A stretch of DNA of 64,000 nucleotides from Patescibacteria group bacterium (GCA_035549315.1 DASZRC010000012.1:5082-69081); one strand, 5' to 3'. Shown: positions 47,777-55,981, counted from the first letter of the stretch. Translations and numbers: made by a program. Notes: generated by a model not told the origin, from the sequence alone.

Positions 47777-48352
47777 TAGCCTTGGCCACTCTGAGGGATT
47801 AGAGAATATCTTTTTATCTTCACGATATACGGGGATAGAGCTAGGTTTCGTAACTTTAGTTCCTTCAGCGTATGCTTGGCAGCTAGTATGAATACTTCCA
47901 TACTTTTTAATTCTTCTAGCTGCTTCTTCTTTTGATAACTTTTGATATTCCTGCCAGGTCATACAGATTTCAGGATGATAATAGGCAACCGTTCCAGTAT
48001 CTACTATTGCAGCCATTCTGAAATCTTGCAAATCAGGCCGCACTTCATAAGAGACTTTTACACACTTTTGATATTTGATAGGTGTAAAGATGACATACCA
48101 ATCTGTGCAAATAGATTCCGAAGGTCTTATCTCAGAAAGAGTTGTTGGATATTTTCCATGAATTGACTTGTAATCTTTGACTTCCTTTCCAAGTTGTGCC
48201 ATTTGGACATCGATTAGATTCCAAGTTCTTGTCTCGTTATAAAGGGGGTCGATAAATTTATATACAAAATAACCTACAACAAGTATTAAAAATAAAGCTA
48301 GTACAAAATAAATGCGTTTTTTGTTCCTGCTTTGGGTATGAATCTTGCCCAT
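47774..48352 (-). CDS. hypothetical N-terminally membrane-anchored protein (cassette gene)
   Basis: TM 'IYFVLALFLILVVGYFVY'; Cys-containing ectodomain; own TATAAT promoter. Confidence 0.5.
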   Translation of the reverse strand: MGKIHTQSRNKKRIYFVLALFLILVVGYFVYKFIDPLYNETRTWNLIDVQMAQLGKEVKDYKSIHGKYPTTLSEIRPSESICTDWYVIFTPIKYQKCVKVSYEVRPDLQDFRMAAIVDTGTVAYYHPEICMTWQEYQKLSKEEAARRIKKYGSIHTSCQAYAEGTKVTKPSSIPVYREDKKIFSNPSEWPRL

Positions 48353-48360
48353 CAGTGTAT

Positions 48361-48420
48361 TATAGCAGATTTGAGGCTAAATCCGTGACAGGCCCTAGGA
48401 AACTTTGGTGGAAGTTATTA
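48361..48420 (-). repeat. cassette-boundary repeat B1 (~55 nt; core CAGGCCCTAGGAAACTTTGGTGGAAGTTATTA plus TTGAGGCTAAAT promoter segment)
   Basis: Near-identical to 48975-49032. Confidence 0.6.
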
Positions 48421-48429
48421 TTTTAGTTC

Positions 48430-48924
48430 TTAATTATAATATTGGGGTTCACATGAAATTCCATCTATATGCCAATTATCCGTTTTACTTAAGTGAATTA
48501 TTGTTGGAACATCGGAAACATACTTGCCCCAAACCACGACATCAGCAGTGTTCCCATACTGTTTTCCCTCGGTAACATAAATCGTTTCAGGTGATTCATA
48601 TCCGCAATATGCTTTTGTTCTGCCCGACATGGAGTCTATCATTTTTTGGGTAAAGTAGTGAGTTGTGATAATCGAATCGCAATTCCATTCAGATTCAGGT
48701 TTTTTTCCAATCGTATTATTCCAACAATCAACATATTTTGTATAAAAGTCTTTTGTTAACATTGCGGGTTCTGAAAGAGGATTTTTAACTTCCGTAACTG
48801 GGATTGGTGCAACTGTTTTATTTTTCTCGAACTTCATACCGATCAAAAACCCCAGAATCAAACCCAAAAAAAGAGCGACAAAAGTATAAAGTTTCTTATT
48901 TCCGATGTTTTTAGACTTAGCCAT
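48430..48924 (-). CDS. hypothetical N-terminally membrane-anchored protein (cassette gene)
   Basis: TM 'LYTFVALFLGLILGFLIGM'; Cys-containing ectodomain. Confidence 0.5.
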   Translation of the reverse strand: MAKSKNIGNKKLYTFVALFLGLILGFLIGMKFEKNKTVAPIPVTEVKNPLSEPAMLTKDFYTKYVDCWNNTIGKKPESEWNCDSIITTHYFTQKMIDSMSGRTKAYCGYESPETIYVTEGKQYGNTADVVVWGKYVSDVPTIIHLSKTDNWHIDGISCEPQYYN

Positions 48925-48974
48925 TAGTATTAGTTTGTATAACTAAGTGTTTTTTGTCAATAGCGTCGGAATAC

Positions 48975-49032
48975 GCATGGCATTGAGGCTAAAATAAGGT
49001 GCAGGCCCTAGGAAACTTGGTGGAAGTTATTA
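48975..49032 (-). repeat. cassette-boundary repeat B2
   Basis: GCAGGCCCTAGGAAACTTGGTGGAAGTTATTA at 49001-49032 preceded by TTGAGGCTAAAAT; copy of B1. Confidence 0.6.
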
Positions 49033-49049
49033 TCCCCGTAAGACTTTCT

Positions 49050-49397
49050 TTAACAAGGTTTTAAATCTGTCACAATCATCAGTACGGGTTCGGTGTTGCC
49101 AAATCCATCTTCGGGATAAGCGATTGGAATACTGGGAAAGGGCGCAATTTTTTGAATTGGTTTGGGAAACCGTTTCAATTCCATGTTTACGTTCCTTACT
49201 TTACGACCAAGCCCATTGTCTATGCAATCTCCTTGAGATCTCCAAATTATGCCCTGTTTTGCAAACTTGACACTATGACCAGTTTGCTCAAATGCTACGG
49301 CTGTAGCGGCTCCAGTCCCAGCTACAGTTAGAGTAGCGGCAAGACCAATTCTTAAGGCTTTATTTTTTATAAAACCAGAAAATCTTTCTGTATTCAT
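49050..49397 (-). CDS. small secreted protein (115 aa), translationally coupled to upstream NlpC/P60 gene
   Basis: Signal peptide 'ALRIGLAATLTVAGTGAATAVAF'; no intergenic gap. Confidence 0.5.
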   Translation of the reverse strand: MNTERFSGFIKNKALRIGLAATLTVAGTGAATAVAFEQTGHSVKFAKQGIIWRSQGDCIDNGLGRKVRNVNMELKRFPKPIQKIAPFPSIPIAYPEDGFGNTEPVLMIVTDLKPC

Positions 49398-49466
49398 GGG
49401 AGAATTATACCAAACGAGGATAATACATCAAACCATATCAGCAATTTTGTAAAGCATTTACCTAAT

Positions 49467-50075
49467 TTATTGTTTTGGTTGAGGAGATTTTCTAAAGAAA
49501 GCAACGGTATCACCATATTGTAAAGGAACCAGAGCCCATGGGTGGTTAAATACGTGACCCATGTCGAATTTTGAGGTGACTCTTCCATCTCCCTCATATA
49601 TTCCAAAATGTTGATAATAGCCCCTTTTTATATCAGGATTAGTTCTATCCAGGCGCCCATATGCTATTATGTCTCCGGGTTGAGGCAGATCAATTAATGA
49701 ATAACCATGAGAGAGAAGGAACTGATGGCTATCTGCCCAAAACTCTCTACCTTCACCCTGATTATCCTCAAGTGCCCATGTTTCGCCCCGTCTTGTGTGA
49801 AAAACATACTCCGCACATCTATAATTGTAGTCGTTCTCAACGCTTCTCGATTCCACAATCTGAATAGTCGCAATATTACCAATACGGTCGAAATACGCAT
49901 TAGATCTTTCCATGGCTCCTTCTCGCCATCCGGTATACCATTCTTCATATGCTCTCCCTGTATATTCTTGAATTGTCATGCGAACAAACGAGGGGGTTAT
50001 GGGAACCCAAGACTGAAGAGCAATTTCCGGGGCTGTTTGTTCGGACTGTGATCCTTGGTCATCTTCTTTTGTCAT
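49467..50075 (-). CDS. NlpC/P60-family papain-like peptidase, no signal peptide
   Basis: Cys motif 'YRCAEYV'; 'PGDIIAYGRL...QHFGIYEGDGRVTSKFDMGHVF' matches the NlpC/P60 'GDLVFF...HVGIYxGxGxxIHA' His-containing blocks. Confidence 0.55.
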   Translation of the reverse strand: MTKEDDQGSQSEQTAPEIALQSWVPITPSFVRMTIQEYTGRAYEEWYTGWREGAMERSNAYFDRIGNIATIQIVESRSVENDYNYRCAEYVFHTRRGETWALEDNQGEGREFWADSHQFLLSHGYSLIDLPQPGDIIAYGRLDRTNPDIKRGYYQHFGIYEGDGRVTSKFDMGHVFNHPWALVPLQYGDTVAFFRKSPQPKQ

Positions 50076-50128
50076 AAAGCAGATGATACCAAAAAGAGGG
50101 TGTCAAATCAAACTATAAGACTATTTTA

Positions 50129-50157
50129 CAGGGCCTAAGCAACTATCTTAGAACTTA
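50129..50157 (-). repeat. cassette-boundary repeat A3 (CAGGGCCTAAGCAACTATCTTAGAACTTA)
   Basis: 14 nt downstream of the 50172..51188 stop; aligns with A1/A2/A4. Confidence 0.5.
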
Positions 50158-50171
50158 CTACTATAGTACAT

Positions 50172-51188
50172 CTATCCTTTAACGAAGCGCATTACAGTGC
50201 TTTTAGGCATTAGCTCAGGGGTTGTAGCGCTATAAATTTCAGTACGCATTTTACCTCGAGCATTTCCACCAATAGCGATTACTGAGTTAGTTTGAAATTC
50301 ATAATCAAAACGTGGGTCATATGTAGGTCGTGGTACGACCCAATTAAACATCCCGTTAACTCCCTTTGCTAATTCTATTTCAGCTTTTGTCTCTCCAATC
50401 CATAAAATCCTGTCTGTGCTTTGTGGTACGGGCTTTACTAAGTATTGATCAACGCTTGATCTGTTATGGTTTTCCGCAGGAGAGTGATTGATTGACATTG
50501 TTTCATCGTTTTGTGGTATATACGCATGACTCGTTTCATCTATGTTAAGTTCAATTCCTTGTATTTCACCATCATTTCCCTCGGGAGCAATTCCGTACCA
50601 AAAATTCCAATCTCTGCCTTGTTCACCTTTAATGAAAAGGTTATTATTCAATGCGTCTTTGATTTCTTTACCCTTCATAAATTTGCTGTTCCAAAAATAT
50701 GGATAGAAAAAAGTAGTGCCTTCAGGTAGAAGAATAGGTCTCCTTGCGTAGTTTATAACTGGAAGCCATGATGCATATGCTTTTGAACCATCAGGTTTTT
50801 CTACTTGATGAAAGTTTTTGGCAATATCACCTGAAGCATCGGAAGGAACATGTATTCCAAGTTGAGCAAAGCGACTTCGGGTGGTAAGTCGAGCACAAGC
50901 AATTGCGTAGTTACTTAACTCAAAAAACGGTTGTAGCAATATCGGGTCTATGTCAATCTCGGCTATCGCCATTCCATTGGGCGGTATAACTACATCTTTA
51001 TTTACTGCTATGTCAGGACCGAGCCACATTTTGCCCTCAAAACGGGTGTCTAATTCTTGACGAGCTTCGGCACGATAGAGTGCAAGTACTGCTTCATGAC
51101 GTGGAATAGAATATATGGGTCCTGTTTGATTTTGGCGAAATGTCTGATACGCCTCTGCAAATCCAGGAACTTCAATTGAGTTTGTCAT
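50172..51188 (-). CDS. hypothetical protein (338 aa; cassette gene)
   Basis: Own TTGATA-N17-TAATAT promoter upstream; no recognisable motif. Confidence 0.5.
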   Translation of the reverse strand: MTNSIEVPGFAEAYQTFRQNQTGPIYSIPRHEAVLALYRAEARQELDTRFEGKMWLGPDIAVNKDVVIPPNGMAIAEIDIDPILLQPFFELSNYAIACARLTTRSRFAQLGIHVPSDASGDIAKNFHQVEKPDGSKAYASWLPVINYARRPILLPEGTTFFYPYFWNSKFMKGKEIKDALNNNLFIKGEQGRDWNFWYGIAPEGNDGEIQGIELNIDETSHAYIPQNDETMSINHSPAENHNRSSVDQYLVKPVPQSTDRILWIGETKAEIELAKGVNGMFNWVVPRPTYDPRFDYEFQTNSVIAIGGNARGKMRTEIYSATTPELMPKSTVMRFVKG

Positions 51189-51239
51189 AATAAGAAGCTA
51201 TATTAGCACAAATGAGGCTAAATATCAACCTATAGTGAT

Positions 51240-51269
51240 GCAGGCACTAAGCGACTATGTTAGAACTTA
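51240..51269 (-). repeat. cassette-boundary repeat A2 (GCAGGCACTAAGCGACTATGTTAGAACTTA)
   Basis: Ends with the stop codon of the 51267 gene; followed on the minus strand by TTGATA-N17-TAATAT. Confidence 0.55.
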
Positions 51270-51602
51270 CTTTATTTCTTCTATCAATGTTTTACCACCT
51301 GGTTGATCTTTTACAAAAACGATAGCTTGTCCTTTTCCTGTGAGTGTATATAGATCTCCATCGTTCATAACAGCTTTTGTCCTTTCGTTTAACTGTCTAA
51401 CTTTTCCATTGATTGTTAATTGCGCTTTCCCAGTTATCCAGTGTAGTGTTTCTTTTCTGTAAACGTTGTGTGCGACGAGGTTCACTCCTGGATAATTACC
51501 ATCCAACTCGACTTCAGCATAATAGTGGTTATTGTCAGGTTTTTTATGAAGATTCACTTTTGCTCCTGGTAGATCATAAGTAGTGTGTTCATATTCTGCC
51601 AT
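51267..51602 (-). CDS. cupin-domain protein
   Basis: 'HWITGKAQLTINGK...GDLYTLTGKGQAIVFV' two-motif cupin pattern; 111 aa. Confidence 0.6.
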   Translation of the reverse strand: MAEYEHTTYDLPGAKVNLHKKPDNNHYYAEVELDGNYPGVNLVAHNVYRKETLHWITGKAQLTINGKVRQLNERTKAVMNDGDLYTLTGKGQAIVFVKDQPGGKTLIEEIK

Positions 51603-51645
51603 TCGACAATTATATCAAAGCTGAAGAATATATCAAACTATATCA

Positions 51646-51758
51646 GCAGGGCCGTAGGGATTCCCATTCGACTCACTTTGTTCGCTCAGGGTAAACTTCT
51701 CATCCCTCCTATTACATAAATATAAAAAATCAGACATTCGTCTGAGGTTTTATACTTT
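51646..51758 (-). repeat. L-repeat copy 2: ~113-nt element starting with an 18-nt copy of the tRNA-Trp 3' end (GCAGGGCCGTAGGGATTC) and containing a hairpin plus T-run
   Basis: ~97% identical to 52384-52496; flanked by GCAGG cores. Confidence 0.7.
51715..51745 (-). terminator. candidate intrinsic terminator inside L-repeat copy 2 (TCAGACGAATGTCTGA + T7)
   Basis: 6-bp stem with 4-nt loop followed by TTTTTTTATATTT on the minus strand; weak stem. Confidence 0.3.
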
Positions 51759-51788
51759 GCAGGCGCTAAGCGACTATGTAAGAACTTA
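51759..51788 (-). repeat. cassette-boundary repeat A1 (GCAGGCGCTAAGCGACTATGTAAGAACTTA)
   Basis: Ends with the stop of the 51786 gene; abuts L-repeat copy 2. Confidence 0.55.
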
Positions 51789-52343
51789 TTTTATAACCTC
51801 AGTAATGGGATGACCTCTATGATATCCACTTGCAAAAAATCCCATGTGATCACCTTTTATTACAATTTTGCCAGGAGATTCTTCGAAGGCAATAGGAGGC
51901 GTACCGCCTAATATCTCAAATTCAATAGGAGTGGCTCCAATTTTTAATTCCGTTGTGCTAATAGGCTTTCCAATTATCGGTTCATATTCGCTGTGTCCTT
52001 TCCTAACATCTTCCTCAAATTCGTCTGCAGTGTCATTATCTGTATAGAATATTTTTCTACAAATTGGTTGCATTTCCCATTTTCCTTCACGTTGTTTTAT
52101 GCGTAATGACTCACCTGTACTAAGAGTGAAATAAACTGATCCCTGGTCTGTCTTAAATACATTCTGAAACCTGTCCTTTTCTTTTATCTGCTTATCAATA
52201 AAACCTTGTATGAGTTGTTGTTCTTTTATTGATCTTTCTTCGTAGGGTATTCCATCAATTAAGTCTTCGAGTTTATTTTTTTCTTCTTGTAATTCGTCTA
52301 CTGTGTAAGGAAGTGGGTTTTCATTAGTGTTCTCAGAATCCAT
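51786..52343 (-). CDS. hypothetical acidic protein (cassette gene proximal to tRNA-Trp)
   Basis: 185-aa ORF; no recognisable motif. Confidence 0.5.
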   Translation of the reverse strand: MDSENTNENPLPYTVDELQEEKNKLEDLIDGIPYEERSIKEQQLIQGFIDKQIKEKDRFQNVFKTDQGSVYFTLSTGESLRIKQREGKWEMQPICRKIFYTDNDTADEFEEDVRKGHSEYEPIIGKPISTTELKIGATPIEFEILGGTPPIAFEESPGKIVIKGDHMGFFASGYHRGHPITEVIK

Positions 52344-52383
52344 ACTGCGATTATATCAAATGAAGTACGTTCGGGTCCCGTTG

Positions 52384-52496
52384 GCAGGGCCGTAGGGATT
52401 CCCATTCGACTCACTTTGTTCGCTCAGGGTAAACTTCTCATCCCTCCTATTCTATAAATATAAAAAATCAGACATTCGTCTGACGTTTTATATTTT
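52384..52496 (-). repeat. L-repeat copy 1, abutting tRNA-Trp
   Basis: Begins GCAGGGCCGTAGGGATTCCCATTCG..., ends ...TTGCAGG; the intact tRNA follows immediately. Confidence 0.7.
52453..52483 (-). terminator. candidate intrinsic terminator inside L-repeat copy 1, downstream of tRNA-Trp
   Basis: Same hairpin and T-run as copy 2. Confidence 0.3.
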
Positions 52497-52497
52497 G

Positions 52498-52568
52498 CAG
52501 GGCCGTAGGGATTCGAACCCTAAAAAAAGGTTTTGGAGACCTCTATGATACCATTTCATCACAGCCCT
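52498..52568 (-). tRNA. tRNA-Trp (CCA)
   Basis: Manual fold: acceptor AGGGCTG/CGGCCCT (one G-U), U8, D-arm ATGA-AATGGTA-TCAT, anticodon stem GAGGT/ACCTT with loop CTCCAAA (CCA), T-arm TAGGG-TTCGAAT-CCCTA, discriminator G; A1 start unusual. Confidence 0.7.
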
Positions 52569-52682
52569 TCGTCGGCGCTGCCTCCTCAGGGCAGGCCCAT
52601 TTCAAGAATAAGATTATTGTTAATACCTATTCCTAGCTTCTAATTATATTGGAATCGGCTGTGGTATTCAATTAAGATGCCA

Positions 52683-54377
52683 TTATTGGCTAGAGACTAG
52701 AGGGGTGTAGAGAAGTTCAATATATTCTTTTAGCATTCTGGTTGTAGAAAATTCACTTAATATTAAGTTCCTAGCCCTCTTCATATTTTCTATCCACAGC
52801 GTAGGAACGTTATTGCTGTCACGGTTAAAGTAGAGGGGTATTATTTCAGCCTCTAGTGTACCAAGGATGCTTTCATTTACTTTGTCCGTATCAAGTGGCC
52901 AGCCTATTCCATAAAAATCCACTTCGTCCATCCAGCCGTCTTTGGTTGAAAGCGGAAGATCTCCGTTAAGAGCTGCTTTCATGCCACTTGTTCCACAAGC
53001 TTCAAAGCCAACTATTGGCGTGTTTAGCCATACATCGCAGCTACTTGCCATAAGTCTTGAAAGAGCCAGATTGTAGCCGGGTAAAAAAACAACGCTTCCT
53101 TTTAGCTCATTATCAATAATCTCACGTATCTTTTTAAAGAATTCTACTGCCTCCATATCGCTTGGATGTTGTGTCCCGGATATTAATATTTTGACAGGTT
53201 TATTGGAGTTAGAAACAATCGCTTTGAGCCTTTCTATATTTTCAAAAAGAGCCAGGGGTCTTTTGTATTCCACAAGTCTTCTTGCCCAACCAACGAGAAG
53301 CATATTCTCATCCCAATTTTCTTCCGTGAGAATATTAACTTCTTTTAAGAGTTCTCTTTTGTTTTCAAGATGAATTGCCCATATATCGTTTTCGCTAGAA
53401 ACTTTGTTCCAATATTTTATGTTTATACCATTTGTAATTGGAGTCATGGGATTATTCGGCCATAACTCAAGGGATTTTTTAGCGTGAATTTTACTTACTG
53501 CATTTACTTTTCCAGCCATACGTAATGCAAAAAGGCTAGAAGAGAATGAGCTGGAATCCTGGGCACTTCCAAGATTCATAATTTCAGTCATTGGTATTCC
53601 AAGCTCGGCTGTATATTTTACAAAATTTATATTCATTAGTTCTCCCGGATAAATATCATGGCCTGCTGTAACAAGAGTGTGGTTTGTAAAAACTATTTTT
53701 TGTTTTGCTGCATTCTTTGCATCTTCAAAGTTAACCTTTTTGTCCTGCATGATGCGTTTAATTAGTTCAAGGCACAAGAAAGAAGAGAAGCCCTCATTCA
53801 TGTGATAAATAGATGGGGTAATACCAAGTGCTTCAAGAAGTCTAACTCCGCCAACCCCCAAGACCAATGCTTGCTTGAGCCTTGTTTCCCTGTCAATTAC
53901 ATAGAGATGGTTAGTAATTTTCCTATCTGCTTCTGAGTTTGATTCCGTGTTTGTATCAAGTAGATAAACAGGAACACTCCCCACATTCCATTTCCACGCC
54001 TTTACTTTAATAGACCTATCTTGAATCGGAACATCAATAAGTACCAATTCGCCTTTTTCATTTTTTACTTCTACTAATCCATAATCTTCCGGAGGTACAT
54101 GCACATGTGGAGTTTGTATTGCGCCTTTTTCATCAACCTGGTGGAGGGTTTGGTAGCCATCATAATAATACATGCCAAGTGCTACAACCGGGAAATTTTG
54201 TTCTTGGGCTTCACGCAGATAGTCTCCTGCTAAAACCCCAAGACCACCTGCATATATTGGGAGTCCGGAAGTTAGAGCGTATTCAGCACAAAAGAAAGCT
54301 ATTGGGTTTTTCTCAAAAGTAGAATAATTTGAGCTTTGTCTAAAAGATTTAAACCACTCCAAGTTTTTATCCATCAA
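52683..54377 (-). CDS. glgP: alpha-glucan (glycogen) phosphorylase, GT35 family (short form)
   Basis: 'YAGGLGVLAGDYLREA' (GT35 N-terminal motif) and PLP-site 'EACGTSGMKAALNG'. Confidence 0.85.
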   Translation of the reverse strand: MMDKNLEWFKSFRQSSNYSTFEKNPIAFFCAEYALTSGLPIYAGGLGVLAGDYLREAQEQNFPVVALGMYYYDGYQTLHQVDEKGAIQTPHVHVPPEDYGLVEVKNEKGELVLIDVPIQDRSIKVKAWKWNVGSVPVYLLDTNTESNSEADRKITNHLYVIDRETRLKQALVLGVGGVRLLEALGITPSIYHMNEGFSSFLCLELIKRIMQDKKVNFEDAKNAAKQKIVFTNHTLVTAGHDIYPGELMNINFVKYTAELGIPMTEIMNLGSAQDSSSFSSSLFALRMAGKVNAVSKIHAKKSLELWPNNPMTPITNGINIKYWNKVSSENDIWAIHLENKRELLKEVNILTEENWDENMLLVGWARRLVEYKRPLALFENIERLKAIVSNSNKPVKILISGTQHPSDMEAVEFFKKIREIIDNELKGSVVFLPGYNLALSRLMASSCDVWLNTPIVGFEACGTSGMKAALNGDLPLSTKDGWMDEVDFYGIGWPLDTDKVNESILGTLEAEIIPLYFNRDSNNVPTLWIENMKRARNLILSEFSTTRMLKEYIELLYTPLVSSQ

Positions 54378-54418
54378 TCTATATTATTAGCACCTCTGGC
54401 TAAAAGCAACCAACCAAT

Positions 54419-55981
54419 CTACGTAGAATACGCAGGGTGTGGAGTTGCGCTTGTTGCCCTTTTTCTTTCTTCAATTACACCCTTATACCACACTTCATAT
54501 TCGCGAGCCGCATGTTCCCAAGAAAAATCAGAAGATAATGCGTTAGAAACAAGCCTGGTCCAAAGTTTTGGTTGTCCATAAATTGTTAGCGCGGTTATTA
54601 TTGCTCCATACAGAGACCAAGAGCTTTTATTTTTAAAAGAAAATCCATTTCCTTCCCCTGTATTTGGGTTAAATTCGGTGACAATATCATTTAAGCCGCC
54701 GGTTCTCCTAACAATTGGAATGGCTCCATAGCGCATAGCCTCAAGAGCTACAATTCCGCCCGGTTCAAAAATACTTGGGATCAAAACCATATCGGCTCCG
54801 GCATTTATTCTTCTTGGCAATCTAAAATCAGTCTGGAGGTGAAGAGAGAGTTGTTCGCTAAAATCTCTTTGGATAATAGAGAGCTCATTTTGGAATCTTT
54901 CATCTCCTTGTCCCATGACTAGAACTTGTACGTCCGGTCTTTCCAATAAGAGCTTTGGAAGCATCTTAAGGATTAGGTCCCAACCTTTTTGAGCAGAGAT
55001 CCTGCCGCAAACCGCAATAAGTGGCCTTTTTGGGTTTTGGGACAGAGTAAATTCCTTTTGAAGAAGTAATTTATTTTTCTGCCTTGCCGTTACGAAATTT
55101 TTAAGGTTGTAATTGTTTTTTATTATTGGGTCTGTCATTGGATTAAACTCTTTTGTATCTAATCCATTTAATATTCCGGTAATTTTGCCTCTAACCTTGT
55201 TTAGAGTTTTTTCTAAGCCTTCTGCATATTCTGGTGTTAGTACTTCAATTGCATGGGACGGGCTAACTGTATTTACCTCATCTGCATTAATTATTCCCCG
55301 CAATAGTGCATTTTGTTTTAGAAGTTTAGTAGAGTTAAGCGCTGCAAGGGGAGCTACTCCGGTATCCCGGTCTTTTGGAGCCAAATATCTAAAGTTAATA
55401 TTACCCTGAAAATAAAAATTGTGCACCGTAAAGGTAATTGGCGTTTTGTTAAGCAAAGATTTATAGCGTTTGTCATTCCTTGCTAGGTCTACAAAATAGC
55501 CCGTATGCCAATCATTTGTATGTATTACATCCGGCCACCAATCATCATCGTTGTCCTCTTTTAATTTTAATAGCCACTCAAGACAACCTTTGGAAAGTAG
55601 GGCAAAGCGTACATGGTCATCTTTGTAGCCAAAAACGTGTGCCCTGAGGGTAAAGTATTCTTTGTTTTCCAAAAAATATGCTTTGGGTGCTTTGGCCTTG
55701 CTATAAGAGCTTACCGAGCAATTTATAAAAAGAGGCTTACCCTTAATTGGCTCATTTTGAATAGTGTTATATACGGGAACTTTTATATTTTTTATTTCCG
55801 GTTTTAGTTTCCACTCTTTTTTCCCCGGTCCGGTTGTATCCATGGTTCCATGGCGTGCTGTAAATATGCGAACATCATGTCCTTTTTGTTGTAGGGCACG
55901 GGGTAGAAAATAAAGCACTTGAGACAATCCACCAACGGATGCGTATGGTCCAACTTCAGCTCCCAGGAATAGAATCTTCAT
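54419..55981 (-). CDS. glgA: glycogen synthase (GlgA-like GT5/GT4 glycosyltransferase)
   Basis: N-terminal 'MKILFLGAEVGPYASVGGLSQVLYFLPRAL' KxGGL signature; C-terminal GT-B Rossmann 'IPSIFEPGGIVALEAMRYG'. Confidence 0.85.
   Translation of the reverse strand: MKILFLGAEVGPYASVGGLSQVLYFLPRALQQKGHDVRIFTARHGTMDTTGPGKKEWKLKPEIKNIKVPVYNTIQNEPIKGKPLFINCSVSSYSKAKAPKAYFLENKEYFTLRAHVFGYKDDHVRFALLSKGCLEWLLKLKEDNDDDWWPDVIHTNDWHTGYFVDLARNDKRYKSLLNKTPITFTVHNFYFQGNINFRYLAPKDRDTGVAPLAALNSTKLLKQNALLRGIINADEVNTVSPSHAIEVLTPEYAEGLEKTLNKVRGKITGILNGLDTKEFNPMTDPIIKNNYNLKNFVTARQKNKLLLQKEFTLSQNPKRPLIAVCGRISAQKGWDLILKMLPKLLLERPDVQVLVMGQGDERFQNELSIIQRDFSEQLSLHLQTDFRLPRRINAGADMVLIPSIFEPGGIVALEAMRYGAIPIVRRTGGLNDIVTEFNPNTGEGNGFSFKNKSSWSLYGAIITALTIYGQPKLWTRLVSNALSSDFSWEHAAREYEVWYKGVIEERKRATSATPHPAYST

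Noticed and set aside
47100-52500. Possibility that the A/B/L repeats form a CRISPR array
   Set aside because: Repeat spacing is gene-sized and irregular (0.5-1.1 kb), repeats are heterogeneous, and no cas genes are present.
54107-55409. Plus-strand ORFs 54107..54322, 54336..54581, 55113..55409, 55613..55807
   Set aside because: Antisense to glgP/glgA, which carry unambiguous family motifs.
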